A stretch of DNA of 58,948 nucleotides, counting the filler, from Jimgerdemannia flammicorona (lineage: Eukaryota), in NCBI GenBank assembly GCA_003990765.1. It is 3 parts of 3 records of this genome, joined end to end, with 100 filler letters (N's around TTAATTAATTAA, not from the genome) between each part and the next. Parts side by side here need not be neighbours in the genome. Positions count along the whole stretch, not along the records: positions 39,374 to 58,948 come from RBNJ01001905.1; 2 more parts are not named here. One strand, given 5' to 3'. Made by a program: the position numbers and the translations under genes. Of the stretch, positions 39,374-51,295 are shown piece after piece. How positions within the stretch are numbered: position 1 is the first letter of the stretch; the number at the start of each line of letters is the position of its first letter. Below the pieces are notes generated by a model, which had not been told where the DNA came from, did no database searches, and saw only the letters and a list, made by a program, of their open reading frames with translations.

Positions 39374-41171
39374 CTTCACTTTCTCTCGATGGAAGACTAC
39401 TTTGTCAACTACCATCTCCACTCTCCCACCACTCTGGCTACAGATCTCTTCTACAAGACAGTGATGTCACCCTCCCTGGGGACCCCAACCAACCCACCAC
39501 CCAGTAAGAAGATCACCCATCAACTCCTCCTACCTCACCAACTTCTCCTGTATCTCTGTCTGTTGCCCTTCCTCAAAAACAAATAGCCAATGTCCAGCCA
39601 ACCCTACCCACACTGCAATCACCCACCCTATAGTGAGCCACCCATTGCCAACACCTTCCACTAGTCTAGATTTCAAATCCTCCCAGCAATCTTACTCACC
39701 ATCTGGTCTCCTTACTACATCCAGTCTATTCCCTATAGCTACCCAAAAGTCCCCCAATACCTCACACTCTCCCAGCCAATATTCTGGCATCTGCACAAAA
39801 CTCCCAGCTTGCCCTACATTATAATACTCCTCACAATCTAATTGGCCACCATCCACTAGATGCCCAGCATGGAAATTCAATATAATATTCCTTTGCAGTA
39901 TTTATCACCATACTACCCAGAACTTAGAAGGAAGCCACTACTATACCTCAGCACTCTAGGCCCAGATTTCTGCCCAGTCCCACTCCTTACCAATTCCCAC
40001 TGCCTGTCAACTGCTCAGCCAAAGATCCTGGCCAAGTCTCCACTAATACTCCACTCTATCACCAATATCAAACTCAGCAAGTGGAACCCCCCCTAGCAAC
40101 AGTCTGTTCCATCACCACATTGCAGGGCCCCATACCTTCTCTCCCTCATTACCTCACCAGCACAGGCCTATTCAGTGCACTCCATCTACCACCCCCCACC
40201 AGAAGCCCTTATACTATAGCCATCAGCTTCCATTCAGCCTCACCAGAGAGAGCAGGTCTCCTGAGGACCCCCAGGGTGAGAATCTCATCTCCCACACCTT
40301 CTGCATCAGTGGAACCCAACCTCCTCCTCATAGTTCAACTGCCCTTCTCAACCACCAAGCTTGCAGATAGTGTAGTCTTCTAGGAAAATCCACAAGACCT
40401 AGGCCTCTCCTAACCACTGACTCTACAAGAGTATCCCAACTAATCTGTGACCTTCTCTTTACCCAAATCCAATCCTGAGCCAGCTTCATTAGCCTCTTCA
40501 CCACCCAGGCCAGAAAGTCCAAGTGATATATCACATACCATAGCTTGGGGAACCAGTACATATTCAGGATCGACACCTACCCCACCAGAGAGATGTGATA
40601 ACCCCCCCAATCTCTCAGAGCCTCTCCCCAAATGACCACCTTCCTCTCTTACCACACCTGTGGCAAGACTGATCCATATATAGAAAGGAAGATACTGAGA
40701 TACCACACCACCTCTCCTGTGGGGACAATTGTTCCAATGACATCCCCTCCCACAACCCATTTCCCAACACCAATGTCTCATACTTATGCCAGTTGAGTTT
40801 CACCCCAGAGTGTGCCTCATACCATTCCACTGCATCTGTAAGTACCTAAACATCTACCACTGATCTAAGACCAACTATCATATCATCTGCAAAGGCCCCC
40901 ACCTTCTACACCACACTATACATAGAGAGCCTGGCCACCTTCTGACAGATCCTATCTATCAAAGGCTCTAGTGAAAGGACATAAAGAATAGGGGACAGTG
41001 GATCTCCTTGAGATACTCCTCTCTCTAAGGAAAACACCAAACCCCTGTGACTATTGCATATCAGCACCACCCTACTGCCCTCCAACAAACTCAACATAGA
41101 GGCCTGAAACTGTAGTGGGATACCAATTCTGTCTAGTACCTTATTCAGCCATATCTGCCAAACATGGTCAT
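39374..41171 (-). mobile_element. Degenerate L1/Tx1-like LINE, 3' part of ORF2 (downstream of the chromovirus insertion)
   Basis: RGVSQGDPLSPILYVLSLEPL, AFADDM, LNWHKYE and ILNMYWFPKLWY. Related to the 12990..15476 element. Confidence 0.88.
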
Positions 41172-41938
41172 TGTAATAACTCTCACTTCTACCTCTCTCT
41201 TATTCTTTGGATAATTAGAAAAGTGGACTATTACTTAGGGACTTAGTATACAATGTGTACCAAGAAGCCTTCAGTTTGAGGAAGTGCTTGCTTAAAGTAG
41301 TTGTAGTGGCAGTGCCTTCTGTTTCAAAGATCTTTCTCTTTTGTCCTATTTTGAGGGTTTTGTTCTTTGCTGTGCACAGACTGAATTCACCTTGGAATTT
41401 AAGTTCAATGGGTTTACTTAAGTCTTTGGGGATTTATATACTGGTCTTAGTTCTGGCAGAAGTTAGCTAGGCTTCTGGAGTTTAGTCAGAAACACTAGAG
41501 TCACTTAGATGTCATTACTAAGACTCAGGGAAATGTGTGTGTGTGGGGGGGACTTGATTCTTATATTAAGGACTGAACTAAAACTACTTTATTTTGGATG
41601 GAAACTGGGGGGTATTTATACATGTTGGTCTGCGATTTCTGACTAAGTATGAGTGACTAATTTGGTAACTATAATGAGGTTTGTGATCACAACCTTTATT
41701 AGGTGGTTTTTTGGCAAAGAACAACTTTGTAATCAGGACCTCAATTACTAGACAATGATCAGCTGCTGTAGCAACTAATTACTGTAGTACCGATTGTTGG
41801 GGATAAGCTGGATATCATTTTCTATGTCATTTTACATCATTCATTCATTTGTCACTCACTATTCATATGTTATGCTCGATCATATAATGATGTCATTACC
41901 AGGTTATGTAATTGCTCATTGTGCCTCATTCTATTACA
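41172..41938 (-). repeat. 3' LTR of chromovirus
   Basis: TGTAATAAC...CTATTACA, direct repeat of 53936-54703. Minus-strand TATAAATA at ~41613-41620 followed by AATAAA. Confidence 0.95.
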
Positions 41939-41950
41939 TTCTTCCCACCT
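41939..41950 (-). promoter_or_regulatory. Polypurine tract
   Basis: Minus strand AGGTGGGAAGAA directly before the 3' LTR. Confidence 0.85.
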
Positions 41951-42792
41951 TAGAAATCAACATTCTTGTTGATTTGGAAATTGAGAACCAGGGGAGAGAA
42001 AGGTGGCGAATCCTCCTCAGGGTTGTTGCCATCTTCTTCAGTAGCAGGTGGAGTGGTTGCTGATGGCTTGCTGTCTAGGATGGAGAAGTCAATGAGGTCT
42101 GCAAATGGTTCTTGTATAGGGATGGGTGCTGGTGTAGAAGTTCTCCATCTGATGTGGTTGGAGCCATCCAAGTAGGGTTCTTGGTCCTCATATCTGGGAA
42201 TATCCATTCGGATGGGCAGTCCTTTAAAGAGATCAGAGAGGCCTTGGAGCCATTGATCTGGGTTATCATTCAGAAGGGGGCTCTAGTAGGGTTTGCAGTC
42301 AGTAGACTGGAGGGTGATTCAGGAGTTGGCTTCTTGGGCTGCCTTGATCTCTAGTTCATCAACCTCGAAAAAGGAGAGGTTCTGGAAGTCCTTCAGTTAG
42401 ACATAGTTGAGGTTGGGGATTGCAAAGAGTGCATGGCGCATAATTTGATAGACCTTCTTGGCAAGTCTTTACTTATTTCTGTCTAGGTGGGTCCAATCAG
42501 AGACTTGGTCCATGGGCAGGTCCTATGCCTGTTAGAGGAGTTGATGGCCAATCTCGTATTCATGCCAGAACTCTAGACAGCTGGTGGTAAGGTAGGCTCT
42601 TTCGATGACTTCATGGCTGTTGAGGACATAATGTCCTAGGTCCTGACTAGAGAGGTTAAGGGCCTCTGAGCAGTGGTTCCTTCCTTGGATAGCAACCTGG
42701 ATGTGTCCAAAGAGGCAGTCAATCTGGCTTGAGAGAGGCCAACTATGGTGAGTAGTTTGGCAGCAGATAGCTTGGCTGTGGGTAGCAGGCAT
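41950..42792 (-). pseudogene. Extra 3' accessory ORF (281 codons with in-frame stops), homologous to the family-B LTR ORF
   Basis: ORF fragments 42532..42792 and 41950..42207 share one frame. Read-through gives EFWHEYEIGHQLL...RLAKKVYQIMRHALFAIPNLNYV*LKDFQNLS...NPDQWLQGL. TATAAATA at ~42857-42864. Confidence 0.8.
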
Positions 42793-43442
42793 TTATGTCT
42801 TGTCTTTTCTTTATGAGAAGAGGGAGATGAGAGTTGTGGTATATTCTTACCTTGGGTATTTATACTTATTCACCCATCTGATGTGACCTTCCTTTGGTCA
42901 TGCTTACTGGCAAAATATTTGATCTGTTGCTATAAGTGAGGTATGTGCTGGTCATATGAGAAAATTCTGATTTCAAAGATCTTATCACTCATAGTTATGG
43001 TTACACAGGGTTAACAGGTCTTGGTCCACTTTTTTTTTTATCTGGTTGGTGCATTTGTAAGGACTGGTCATTCTTGTCTAGGGTGAGGGCTCTCATTATC
43101 ATGGCTGGGGATTCAAACCTCTCAGAAATAGACTTTCTTATAATCCAAGGCAATTCCTAGTAACAATATCTGTCACATGGATAGACTTAGACTGGTTTCG
43201 ATATTGTCAGCTTTCCTAAGTTCCATATGAAGTGTTCATCATCATCTAGCAGAGATGACACAGATGGTATGAAATGAAGTTGTTCAAATATATTTTACTA
43301 TACTGTACTAGATTGTTCTTTTGCTTGGGTATCTTCTTGTTAGTTATCCATAGTATTCCTTTTTCTGTAATGTTCAGTATTATATATTTCTGGATAAAAT
43401 ATGTAGTATTCTTCTACTCACTATGTGCTCCAATACTTAGAG

Positions 43443-46400
43443 CTATAGTTCCTTCCTTTGCTGGGGGGTGAGTGTTTTCATATAGTCCTGGAGGACTTCA
43501 TGTATATTCTTCAGAACTTCTTCTTTTTCCCAGGTAGCATTGTAGGTGGGGTAACTCTTCCACTTGATCAGGAAAAACCACTTGACTGTTTTGGAATATT
43601 TGCAGACCTTGTGGTCAAGTACTTCCTCAATTTCAAATTCCTCATGATCATTGATCCAAATTGGGGGTGGTGGTGGAACTGTATGCTTAGGGAATGGGTT
43701 CTCATAGTAGTCTACCAATTGGCTAATATGGAATACTGGGTGTACTCAGACATTGTGGGGAAGTTGTAACTTATAGTTGACTTCACTGATTTTTTCCATG
43801 ATCTTGTATGGTCCAATTCTTCTAATACAGAGTTTCTTAGCTGATTATTATATCAGAGTGTCTGGATGGAGGTGGTCTGTTCTAAGCATGACCATGTCAC
43901 TAATATCATAGGAGGCTTCTCTTCATTTTAGGTTCACATACTTGGTCTAGTAGTCTTGTGCTTCTATGAGAGCATCTCTTGCCATTTGAGTAAGATCAGA
44001 AATGGTCTCAGCCAGATCTTGGGCTGCTGGGACTGCTGATTTTGCAGTAGTACTCGGGGTCCTTGAGTGTTGACTGTGGTTCAGGAAGAATGGAGTCTTC
44101 TTTGTAGAGGTTTGCTGACTGTTGTTATAGGCAAACTCAGCATGGGCTAGGTACTTGTCCCAATCATTTTGCTTATAACAGTAGAAGATACTAAGCATCT
44201 GTTTGAGAGTCCTGTTGGTTTGCTCAGTTTGACTATTAGTCTGAGGGTGGTAGGTAGTAGAGAACTTCAGCTTAGTTCTATGGAGAGAGAAGAATGCCTT
44301 CCAGAAGTTGCTTGTGAACTTGGCATCTCAGTCAGATACAATAGTGCTAGGTATGCCATATAGCCTGAATACTTGATTGAGGAAAATCTCAGCAATCTCT
44401 GGTACTGTAGCAGTAGTCTTGGTGGGTGCAAAATGGGCTTATTTACTTAGGCAGTCTACAAATACTATAATGGCATCCCATCCTGCCTTGGTCTTGGAGA
44501 GTTGGACAATGAAGTCTATTGCAATTTGGTCTCAGTTGTGACTTGGAATAGACAAGGGTTGCAGGAGTTCTGCTAGTAGCATGTTACCACTTTTGAACCT
44601 TTAGTATATCTCGCATGAGGCCACAAAGTCTTTGATATCCTTGGTCATCTTTGGCCAGTAGAACTCTCTTGAGAGGAGGTTGTAGGTCTTTTTAAAACCA
44701 AAGTGTCCTACTACAGAAGTATCATGGAGTTCCTGCATGATCTTGAGTCGCAGAGTATCATTATTGGGTACAACCACTCTGTCATGGTCCCTGTAGATAA
44801 GTCCATCATAGTAAGTGAATCTCTTGGCCATTTGCCTTATAGGTTCTGGAACCTCAGCCTCTGGGTCTTGGCAGAATTGAAGAAATTTCATCAGAGGGCT
44901 GTCTTACTGGTAGCCTTTCTTGATCATCTGGATGAGGTCTCCAATTACTTCAACCATGAAGACAAGTTCATCTTCCATGTACCTGGAGAAACCATCAGCC
45001 ACATGGTTGGTTTTGCCTGGGATATACTTGATTTCCATATCAAAGTTGACAATGATTTCCATCCAGTGGGCTTATTTGTGGGTCAGCATGGGCTGTGTGT
45101 AAATATACTGCAATGCATGGTGATCAGTATAGGCCATGAATGGTTGTTCTAAGAGGAAATAGTGCTATTCCTGGAGTGCAGTAATAATAGCCAGGAGTTC
45201 CTTCTTATGAGTAGTATACCAGGTCTCAGCTGGCTTGAGCTTTTGGGAAAGATAGGCCACTGGGTGGTCTTTTTGGCTGAGTATTGCTCCAATAGCAATA
45301 TCAGAGACATCTGTAGTCAGAGTGAATGGCCTGGTAGGGTCAGGTGCAATTAGCACTGGGGCCTCAGTAAGGAGTCTCTTGAGATGGTCCATAGCCTGGG
45401 TGCATTCTGGGGTTCATTCAGCTTTGATGTTCACTCCTTTGTGGACCAGGCTGGTCAGTAGAGCTATAATGGTAGAGTATCCTTAGATAAACCTTCAGTA
45501 ATAACTGGCAATACTCAGAAAGTGCTGGAGTAACTTGAGGGTAGTAGGAATAGGAATATCCTTGAGGGCTGATACCTTTTGGTGGTCCACATTGATACCT
45601 TCAGCAGAGATGATATATCCTAGGTACTCAATCTGGTCTTGATAGAACTTACACTTACTCATCTTGGCATAGAGCTGGTGTTCTCACAGAAGAGTCAGCA
45701 CTTGTCTGAGGTGGGTGTAGTATAGCTCTACTGTCTCACTGTAGATTAGTATATCATCAATATATACAAGGATACAGATATTGAGGAGTGGTCCAAAGAT
45801 GTCATTCATTAGATACTAGAAAGTTGCTGGTACATTGGTCAATCCAAAAGGCATAACTCAGAACTGGTAGTGTCCAAACTGTGTTTAGAAAGCTGTCTTC
45901 TCAATGTCCTTCTCATAAATGAGAATCTGGTAGTAGCCATTTTGTAAATCCAGTAGGGAAAAGGTCTTGGCCTTGAAGATTTGGTATAGCAACTCGTCAA
46001 TCCTAGGCAAGGCATACTAGTTCTTGATAGTAATCTTGTTGAGGGCTCTGTAGTCAATATATATTTGCAGAAAGCCATCCTTCTTCTTGACAAATAGAAT
46101 GGGGGCTCCAAATGGAGAGTAGCTGGGTTCAATATATCCTTGGGCCAGTAGTTTGGTCAACTCATCCTTGAGGGTCTTGAGCTCAGGTTGGACCAGTTGG
46201 TAGATATTCTTGTATGAGGGTTCAGATTCTGGAATAAGATCAATTCCATGTTGGATTTGGTACTTGGGTGGAAGTCCTTGGGGGTCTTGGAATATATCTT
46301 GGAATTCTTCAAACAATTCTTGAGCTTCTGTTAGAATTGGGCTACTTGTAGTTTCAGTGACTTCTTGTACTATACAGATGAAGTAGGTATTTTCCATTTT

Positions 46401-47309
46401 TTGAGAGAGTCTCTTCATTTGAATGGTAGAGATGATTTTGATTCCTTAGTGGTTGGTACCTTCCTGGGGTGTCAGGATGATCTTTCTGCCTTCATGGGTC
46501 AGGTTAACCTCATTGGTTCTCCAGTTGATGTCAGGGTTGTGCTGGGTCAACCAGGCTTTTCCTAGGATAATATCTTGTCCTGGGAGGTCTATAATGCTGA
46601 AGTCCAACTTCTCATTATATTTGCCAATCTTGAGCAAGAGATCTTCACAGATCTTGGTCAATGGTGTAGTCTTTCCATCACCAAAGATAACACTTCTTTT
46701 CTCAGTAGTTGGTCTGCTTTGGGCTCTAATCTTCTTGGTGGTCTTGGTGCTGATATAGTTTCCAGTAGCACTACTATCAAGCAAGACATTGATATTCTGT
46801 CTGTGGACTTGACCTGTGAACTTGATGCAACTGTCCTCCTTCTTGATAGTGTTGAGCTTTTTATCCTCATTATTGTTGTCCCAATTGCTGTCAGTCTCCT
46901 CAAAGTCAGTTTCTCCCCATCCTTTACAAGGAGGGTTGTCTTGTTTGGGTTCCTCAGTCTGTTGGGCTTGGTTTCTTTCAGTGTTGATTTTGAAAACCTT
47001 GAAGAGGCATGCATGGTATTCACTTACATATTCCATAAAATATATTTGAATAGAATGAGGGCATTGTCCACATAGTACATAACCATCTGCAATTCTCTTA
47101 TACCAGTTTTCATCATCTTCCTTCATGGTAGTGACCTTTTGACTAAGAGGTTTGTTGGTTGATCCAAACTCTTTCTTGCCATGGTCTGGCTGGGAAAGTT
47201 CAGGGACTTCTTCAATGGTGAAATCTTGACAGATTTCTTCAATAATTGCTTGAGCAATCCTTTGGACTGTTTTGACTTCAAATAATGTGTCTCCAAAGTT
47301 TCGTAAGAT
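43443..47309 (-). pseudogene. Chromovirus pol: dUTPase C-half, aspartic protease, RT, RNase H, integrase, chromodomain
   Basis: RIAQ...HGKKEFGST in frame with [34 protein letters not shown] (~45754-45771); TDVSDIAIGAILSQ; ELHD..VGHFG; WDKYLAHAEFAYNN; EFEIEEVLDH..FLIKWKSYP..NATWE. Confidence 0.92.
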
Positions 47310-48065
47310 GAGGAGGAAGAAGGCCCAGTGGGAGCCAAGGGAGCAAACCCAGAGCCAGTGTCAAAGCAAACGGAAGACATGTGGAAGAGCATGTATAAGG
47401 GGGACGAACAAAGAACATAACTGAAAATGCATCAGCCATTTATTGCCACATAAAAACGCGGTCCTTATACATATACAAAATACGACATCCTAAAAGGGAG
47501 GATGCACCACAACTCGGGGCGAACCGAATTAGGAACCACATGACTGCCGGAGATAAGCGGAGATAAAGGGGGAGCCAATCCCAGTTGCAGGATAAAAATC
47601 ACAAACAAACACAAACAAAACAAATCCAAATCGAGATTAAAAAACATCCTTGCCCCCTCCGGGGTCTTGCGCTCACTCCAGGGTCTCGGCCTTACTCCGC
47701 TCCCCTCCGCTGCCTTCGGCCCCTCGCTTTGCTTGGGCTCGCTACAGCTCGCTCCATTTCGGCCTCACCTCTCGCTCGCGCTCACCCCTCCGGGGTCTGC
47801 GGATGTTTTTTAATCTCGATTTAGATTTGTTTTGTTTGTGTTTATTTGTGATTTATATCCTGCAACTGAGATTGGCTCCCCCTTTATCTCCACTTATCTC
47901 CAGCGGTCATGTAGTTCCTAATTCGGTTCGCCCTGAGTTGTGGCGCATCCTCCCTTTTGGGACGTCATATTTTGTATATAAGGACCGCGTTTTTACATGG
48001 CAATAAACGGCTGATGTATTTTCGGTTACATTCTTTGTTCATTCCCCTTATACACGCTCTTCCAC

Positions 48066-49280
48066 ATATCTTCCGTTCGCTTTGACACTGGCTCTGGGTT
48101 TGCTCTCTTGGCTCCTGCTGGGCCTTCTTCCTCCTCTGCTGTACCACCTGCCCTTGGGGCCTCCGTCCTCATCAACAAGCTCATGGGTGAGGTTCTTCCT
48201 CCTCCTCCCCCTCCCCCTGCCTTTACCCCCGCCACTGTCTCGTTCAAGGCCTACATCTCGTCCGCCATCCTCTCCCTCCCTGTGGACCTTTGTCCTTCTG
48301 GTCGTCCGCTCCTCTCCCAGTTCCGGTCGGTTCTTGCCCTCTCTGCCAAGGAGGCTCATCTCCGCCATGACGTTGACGTCATTGCTCCACCCACCGTCTG
48401 CTACTCTGTTCTCCCCGAGGCCTGCCGCCAAGCCCTCTCTGAAGAGGTTCGTGCTGCCACTGCCACCGCCAAGCTTGCCACCACTGACGCTGCCGCCACT
48501 TCTGCCACTGCCGCTTCTGCCTCCTTCCACTGTACCTGTGCTGCTTTCATGGCCTTCACCTCCTCCCGCCTTTCGGATGCCGCCCCCTTCTGTGGTTTTG
48601 ACATCCGCGATGTTCCTTCCATCGCCACTGACATCAATGCTATGCATCGCTTCCTCCTTGCCAGCACCTCTTTTGTTGCTCGTCTGCACGAGCAGGAGTC
48701 GTTACGTGCTGCCGCTGCTGCTCGCGCTACTGCCACTGCTCCCCTGCCTGCCTCCCCCGAGGTTTCAGTTTCCGAGGCCATTCGCGCCGAGGCTCGCGCT
48801 ACTGCTTGTGCTGAGGTTCGTTCCTTCACCGCCGCTGCCGCCAAGGCCCCCTCCCCCGCCAAGACCCCCACCAAGCCCAACCAGGCTTTGTCGGCCTCTT
48901 CCCGGTCCCCCTCCCCCACCAAGGCTTCCTCCTCTGCTCCCCCTGCCCCCAAGCATGGCTGCCAACTTGGTTCTCACCCCGTTGGGGCCTGGCCTTGTGC
49001 TGTCTGCTCCGGTTGCCTCCACCATGCCTATTGGCACCCGGCCAAGTCCGTCTGCCCCCATGGTGGTATTCCTCGCGCTGCTGCCCCTTCGGCTGCTCGC
49101 TTGCCTTCGGCCTCCTCTGCCGGTTCCTCCTCCGCCTCCTCCACCCGTGCCCCTGAATGCAAGGGCTGCACGAAAGCCTGTGGCCGCAAGGTCTGGTACT
49201 CTGACGGGGTGTGCTCCCATTCGTCGGGTTCGCCGCCTTCAAAAAAAGTCAGAGGGAAGGGGAAGGCCTCCCGCTCTTAA
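48066..49280 (+). CDS. PLE ORF1, Ala/Ser/Pro-rich with two Cys/His knuckle-like motifs (~404 aa)
   Basis: Start codon reads ATA at 48066 here but ATG in the other two repeat copies (MSSV.FDTGSGFAPL). CAVCSGCLHHAYWHPAKSVC and CKGCTKACGRKVWYSDGVCSH; basic tail. TATATAAG at ~47975. Confidence 0.7.
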   Translation: MSSVRFDTGSGFALLAPAGPSSSSAVPPALGASVLINKLMGEVLPPPPPPPAFTPATVSFKAYISSAILSLPVDLCPSGRPLLSQFRSVLALSAKEAHLRHDVDVIAPPTVCYSVLPEACRQALSEEVRAATATAKLATTDAAATSATAASASFHCTCAAFMAFTSSRLSDAAPFCGFDIRDVPSIATDINAMHRFLLASTSFVARLHEQESLRAAAAARATATAPLPASPEVSVSEAIRAEARATACAEVRSFTAAAAKAPSPAKTPTKPNQALSASSRSPSPTKASSSAPPAPKHGCQLGSHPVGAWPCAVCSGCLHHAYWHPAKSVCPHGGIPRAAAPSAARLPSASSAGSSSASSTRAPECKGCTKACGRKVWYSDGVCSHSSGSPPSKKVRGKGKASRS

Positions 49281-49366
49281 ACTTCCCCCCGGCGTAGTTC
49301 TCCCCCGGTGTCCCTGTCCCTTCTCGGATTCCGTCGTCGCTTCTGGTGCGGCCTGAGTGGTTCCTC

Positions 49367-51295
49367 ATGTTGTCCCCCCTTTGCCTTTCCCAGTTGCTTG
49401 TTCCGAACTTTCGGGTTTATTCTTCTCTTGGAGCTCTCTTATCTCCTTCCTTCTCTTTGGCTGACTGCCCCCTTTCTCCCCTTCAAGTCTTTGCCTTATC
49501 CTTGGGTCCTCGCTTCGTTTTCCCTGCAACTCCCTCACAATTCTTCTTCACTGATCCAGCTCATCTAACACGTTTTCGTCATGCTCTTGACCTTGCCATT
49601 TTCTTTCAAGATCGTGGTAAGATGCCCTCTCGCTATTTTGTTCCTAGCGATTGGGTCCCCCCTTCCAATGTCTCTTCACACTGTGTATTCCTCAACATGG
49701 CTTGCTCATTGTCCATTCCCGGATGCGCTCGCTCTTGCTTGGTTTCGGACCGTGCTGTGCATACCGCACTTAAATCGGTCAAGCAATTGTCTATGCATTT
49801 GCTCACAGTCACTGATAAGAATCAGGGTTTTGCACTTATTTCTAAGTCGCTCTACCTTGATGGCCTTTCTGCCCTCCTTCGAGCCATGGCTTACGAGCCT
49901 AGTGCTCTTGAATTAGATGAGGTTCTCACTCTTTTTCAGGTTTCTCTGGCTCATGCTAGATCACTTTCAGATTCTCCGTTCGTGAACCCCATTTTTAACT
50001 TCTTCCAGGACTCTTTGTCCTCCCCGGATATTTCTCTTCCAGTTTTCTATGCTCTTCCTAAAGTTCACAAGCCTCTTTTGGCTTGGCGTCCTATTACGGC
50101 TGCTTATAGCTCTCCTACCACCGAGATTTCGAAATGGTTATCCTGCTTCTTTCTCTCCTGGATGGCTCTCTTACAACACTGTCTTGGGCCTGAGTATACT
50201 ATTCTTCATGATACTCAGGAGCTCACCCTTCTCTGCTCCACCATTGTGCCTGTTCACCGTTTTTCCCATTTGGCCTCTGGTGATTTTTCTTCCTTCTATA
50301 CTGCTATTCGTTTTGATGAGATTGATGATTGCCTTCGCTTCTTGGGTTCCTTGGTTTTTCCCTTGGATTCTCCAGTTTTGCTGGCTTCCATTGTTGAGCT
50401 TACGCTCCTCGTCTGCGGCTCTAATTATTTTGAGTCGGCCCTTGGCTCTTTTCACCAGACTTCTAGTATTGCCATGGGTGCGAATTGTGCCCCCACCCTT
50501 GCCAACCTCGTTGGCTTGGCCCATGAATTGCATGCATTACGTGATACTACTTCACCTCTTTCCATTGCGTTCCGGGCTGGGGATATCTTCTTTCGCCGAT
50601 ATATTGATGACTTTATTGTCTTCGCTGTTGCTGGCATTGATATCTCTAGTGTGTTCCTGGGTGTCTACCCTCTCCATCATTCTATTACTTGGGTGTGTGG
50701 TACAACTAGTATTCCCTTTTTGGACCTTTCCATTTCTCTTTCTCCCTTCCAAACTGTTGTTTATTCCCGCTTTCCCCATTCCCAACAGTTCCCTGACTTC
50801 TTGTCCAATCATCCTCATCACACTCTTCTTGAATGTGTTCATGGTGAGGCTCGTCGTCTTGTACTATGCTGCTCCCGTCGTTCTGATTGGGTGTCTGCTG
50901 TTCGGGTTCTTGGCAACTTCGTAGTCCATCGTCGTGCCTACCCAATTTCTATCGTTCGTGATCTGCTTGCTTCTGTTGAATGGTCTGTTGTTTGCTCTTC
51001 CCTTCTCTCTCCTCTTTATCCCCCCTCCCTTCCCTCCCTCCCCCCTTACTCTCTCCATACCCCCTCTTCTTTCTCACCCCCGATTCTCATTGTACCATTT
51101 GATCATGCTCGCTGGGTTGCTCAATGCCCTGATACCATCCTGCGCTCTTCTCTTTCACGCCATGGACTTTCATCTCTTTCCCAACGCCCTCTGATTGCTC
51201 ATTCACGTCTTCCTTCTGTTTCTTCTTCAATCCATCGCTCTCATTTTGCGTTTTCGTCACCTTCTGGTGCCTCCGGCTCTGCCGGAGAGGATTAA
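49367..51295 (+). CDS. Penelope-like reverse transcriptase, open frame, no GIY-YIG domain
   Basis: LSPLQVFALSLGPRFV, TDKNQGFALISK (DKG-like motif), FYALPKVHKPLLAWRPI, DFSSFYTAI, QTSSIAMGANCAPTLANL, RRYIDD, IPFLDL, SNHPHH and RPLIAHSR, then stop. Confidence 0.9.
   Translation: MLSPLCLSQLLVPNFRVYSSLGALLSPSFSLADCPLSPLQVFALSLGPRFVFPATPSQFFFTDPAHLTRFRHALDLAIFFQDRGKMPSRYFVPSDWVPPSNVSSHCVFLNMACSLSIPGCARSCLVSDRAVHTALKSVKQLSMHLLTVTDKNQGFALISKSLYLDGLSALLRAMAYEPSALELDEVLTLFQVSLAHARSLSDSPFVNPIFNFFQDSLSSPDISLPVFYALPKVHKPLLAWRPITAAYSSPTTEISKWLSCFFLSWMALLQHCLGPEYTILHDTQELTLLCSTIVPVHRFSHLASGDFSSFYTAIRFDEIDDCLRFLGSLVFPLDSPVLLASIVELTLLVCGSNYFESALGSFHQTSSIAMGANCAPTLANLVGLAHELHALRDTTSPLSIAFRAGDIFFRRYIDDFIVFAVAGIDISSVFLGVYPLHHSITWVCGTTSIPFLDLSISLSPFQTVVYSRFPHSQQFPDFLSNHPHHTLLECVHGEARRLVLCCSRRSDWVSAVRVLGNFVVHRRAYPISIVRDLLASVEWSVVCSSLLSPLYPPSLPSLPPYSLHTPSSFSPPILIVPFDHARWVAQCPDTILRSSLSRHGLSSLSQRPLIAHSRLPSVSSSIHRSHFAFSSPSGASGSAGED

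Noticed and set aside
48010..48025. Hammerhead ribozyme core at CTGATG
   Set aside because: Reads CTGATGT/CTGATGC rather than CTGANGA, and no matching GAAA stem is evident.
48082..49356. 424-aa Pro/Leu-rich ORF overlapping PLE ORF1
   Set aside because: Shadow frame of pyrimidine-rich ORF1. The repeat-encoded ATG and Cys/His motifs support the other frame.
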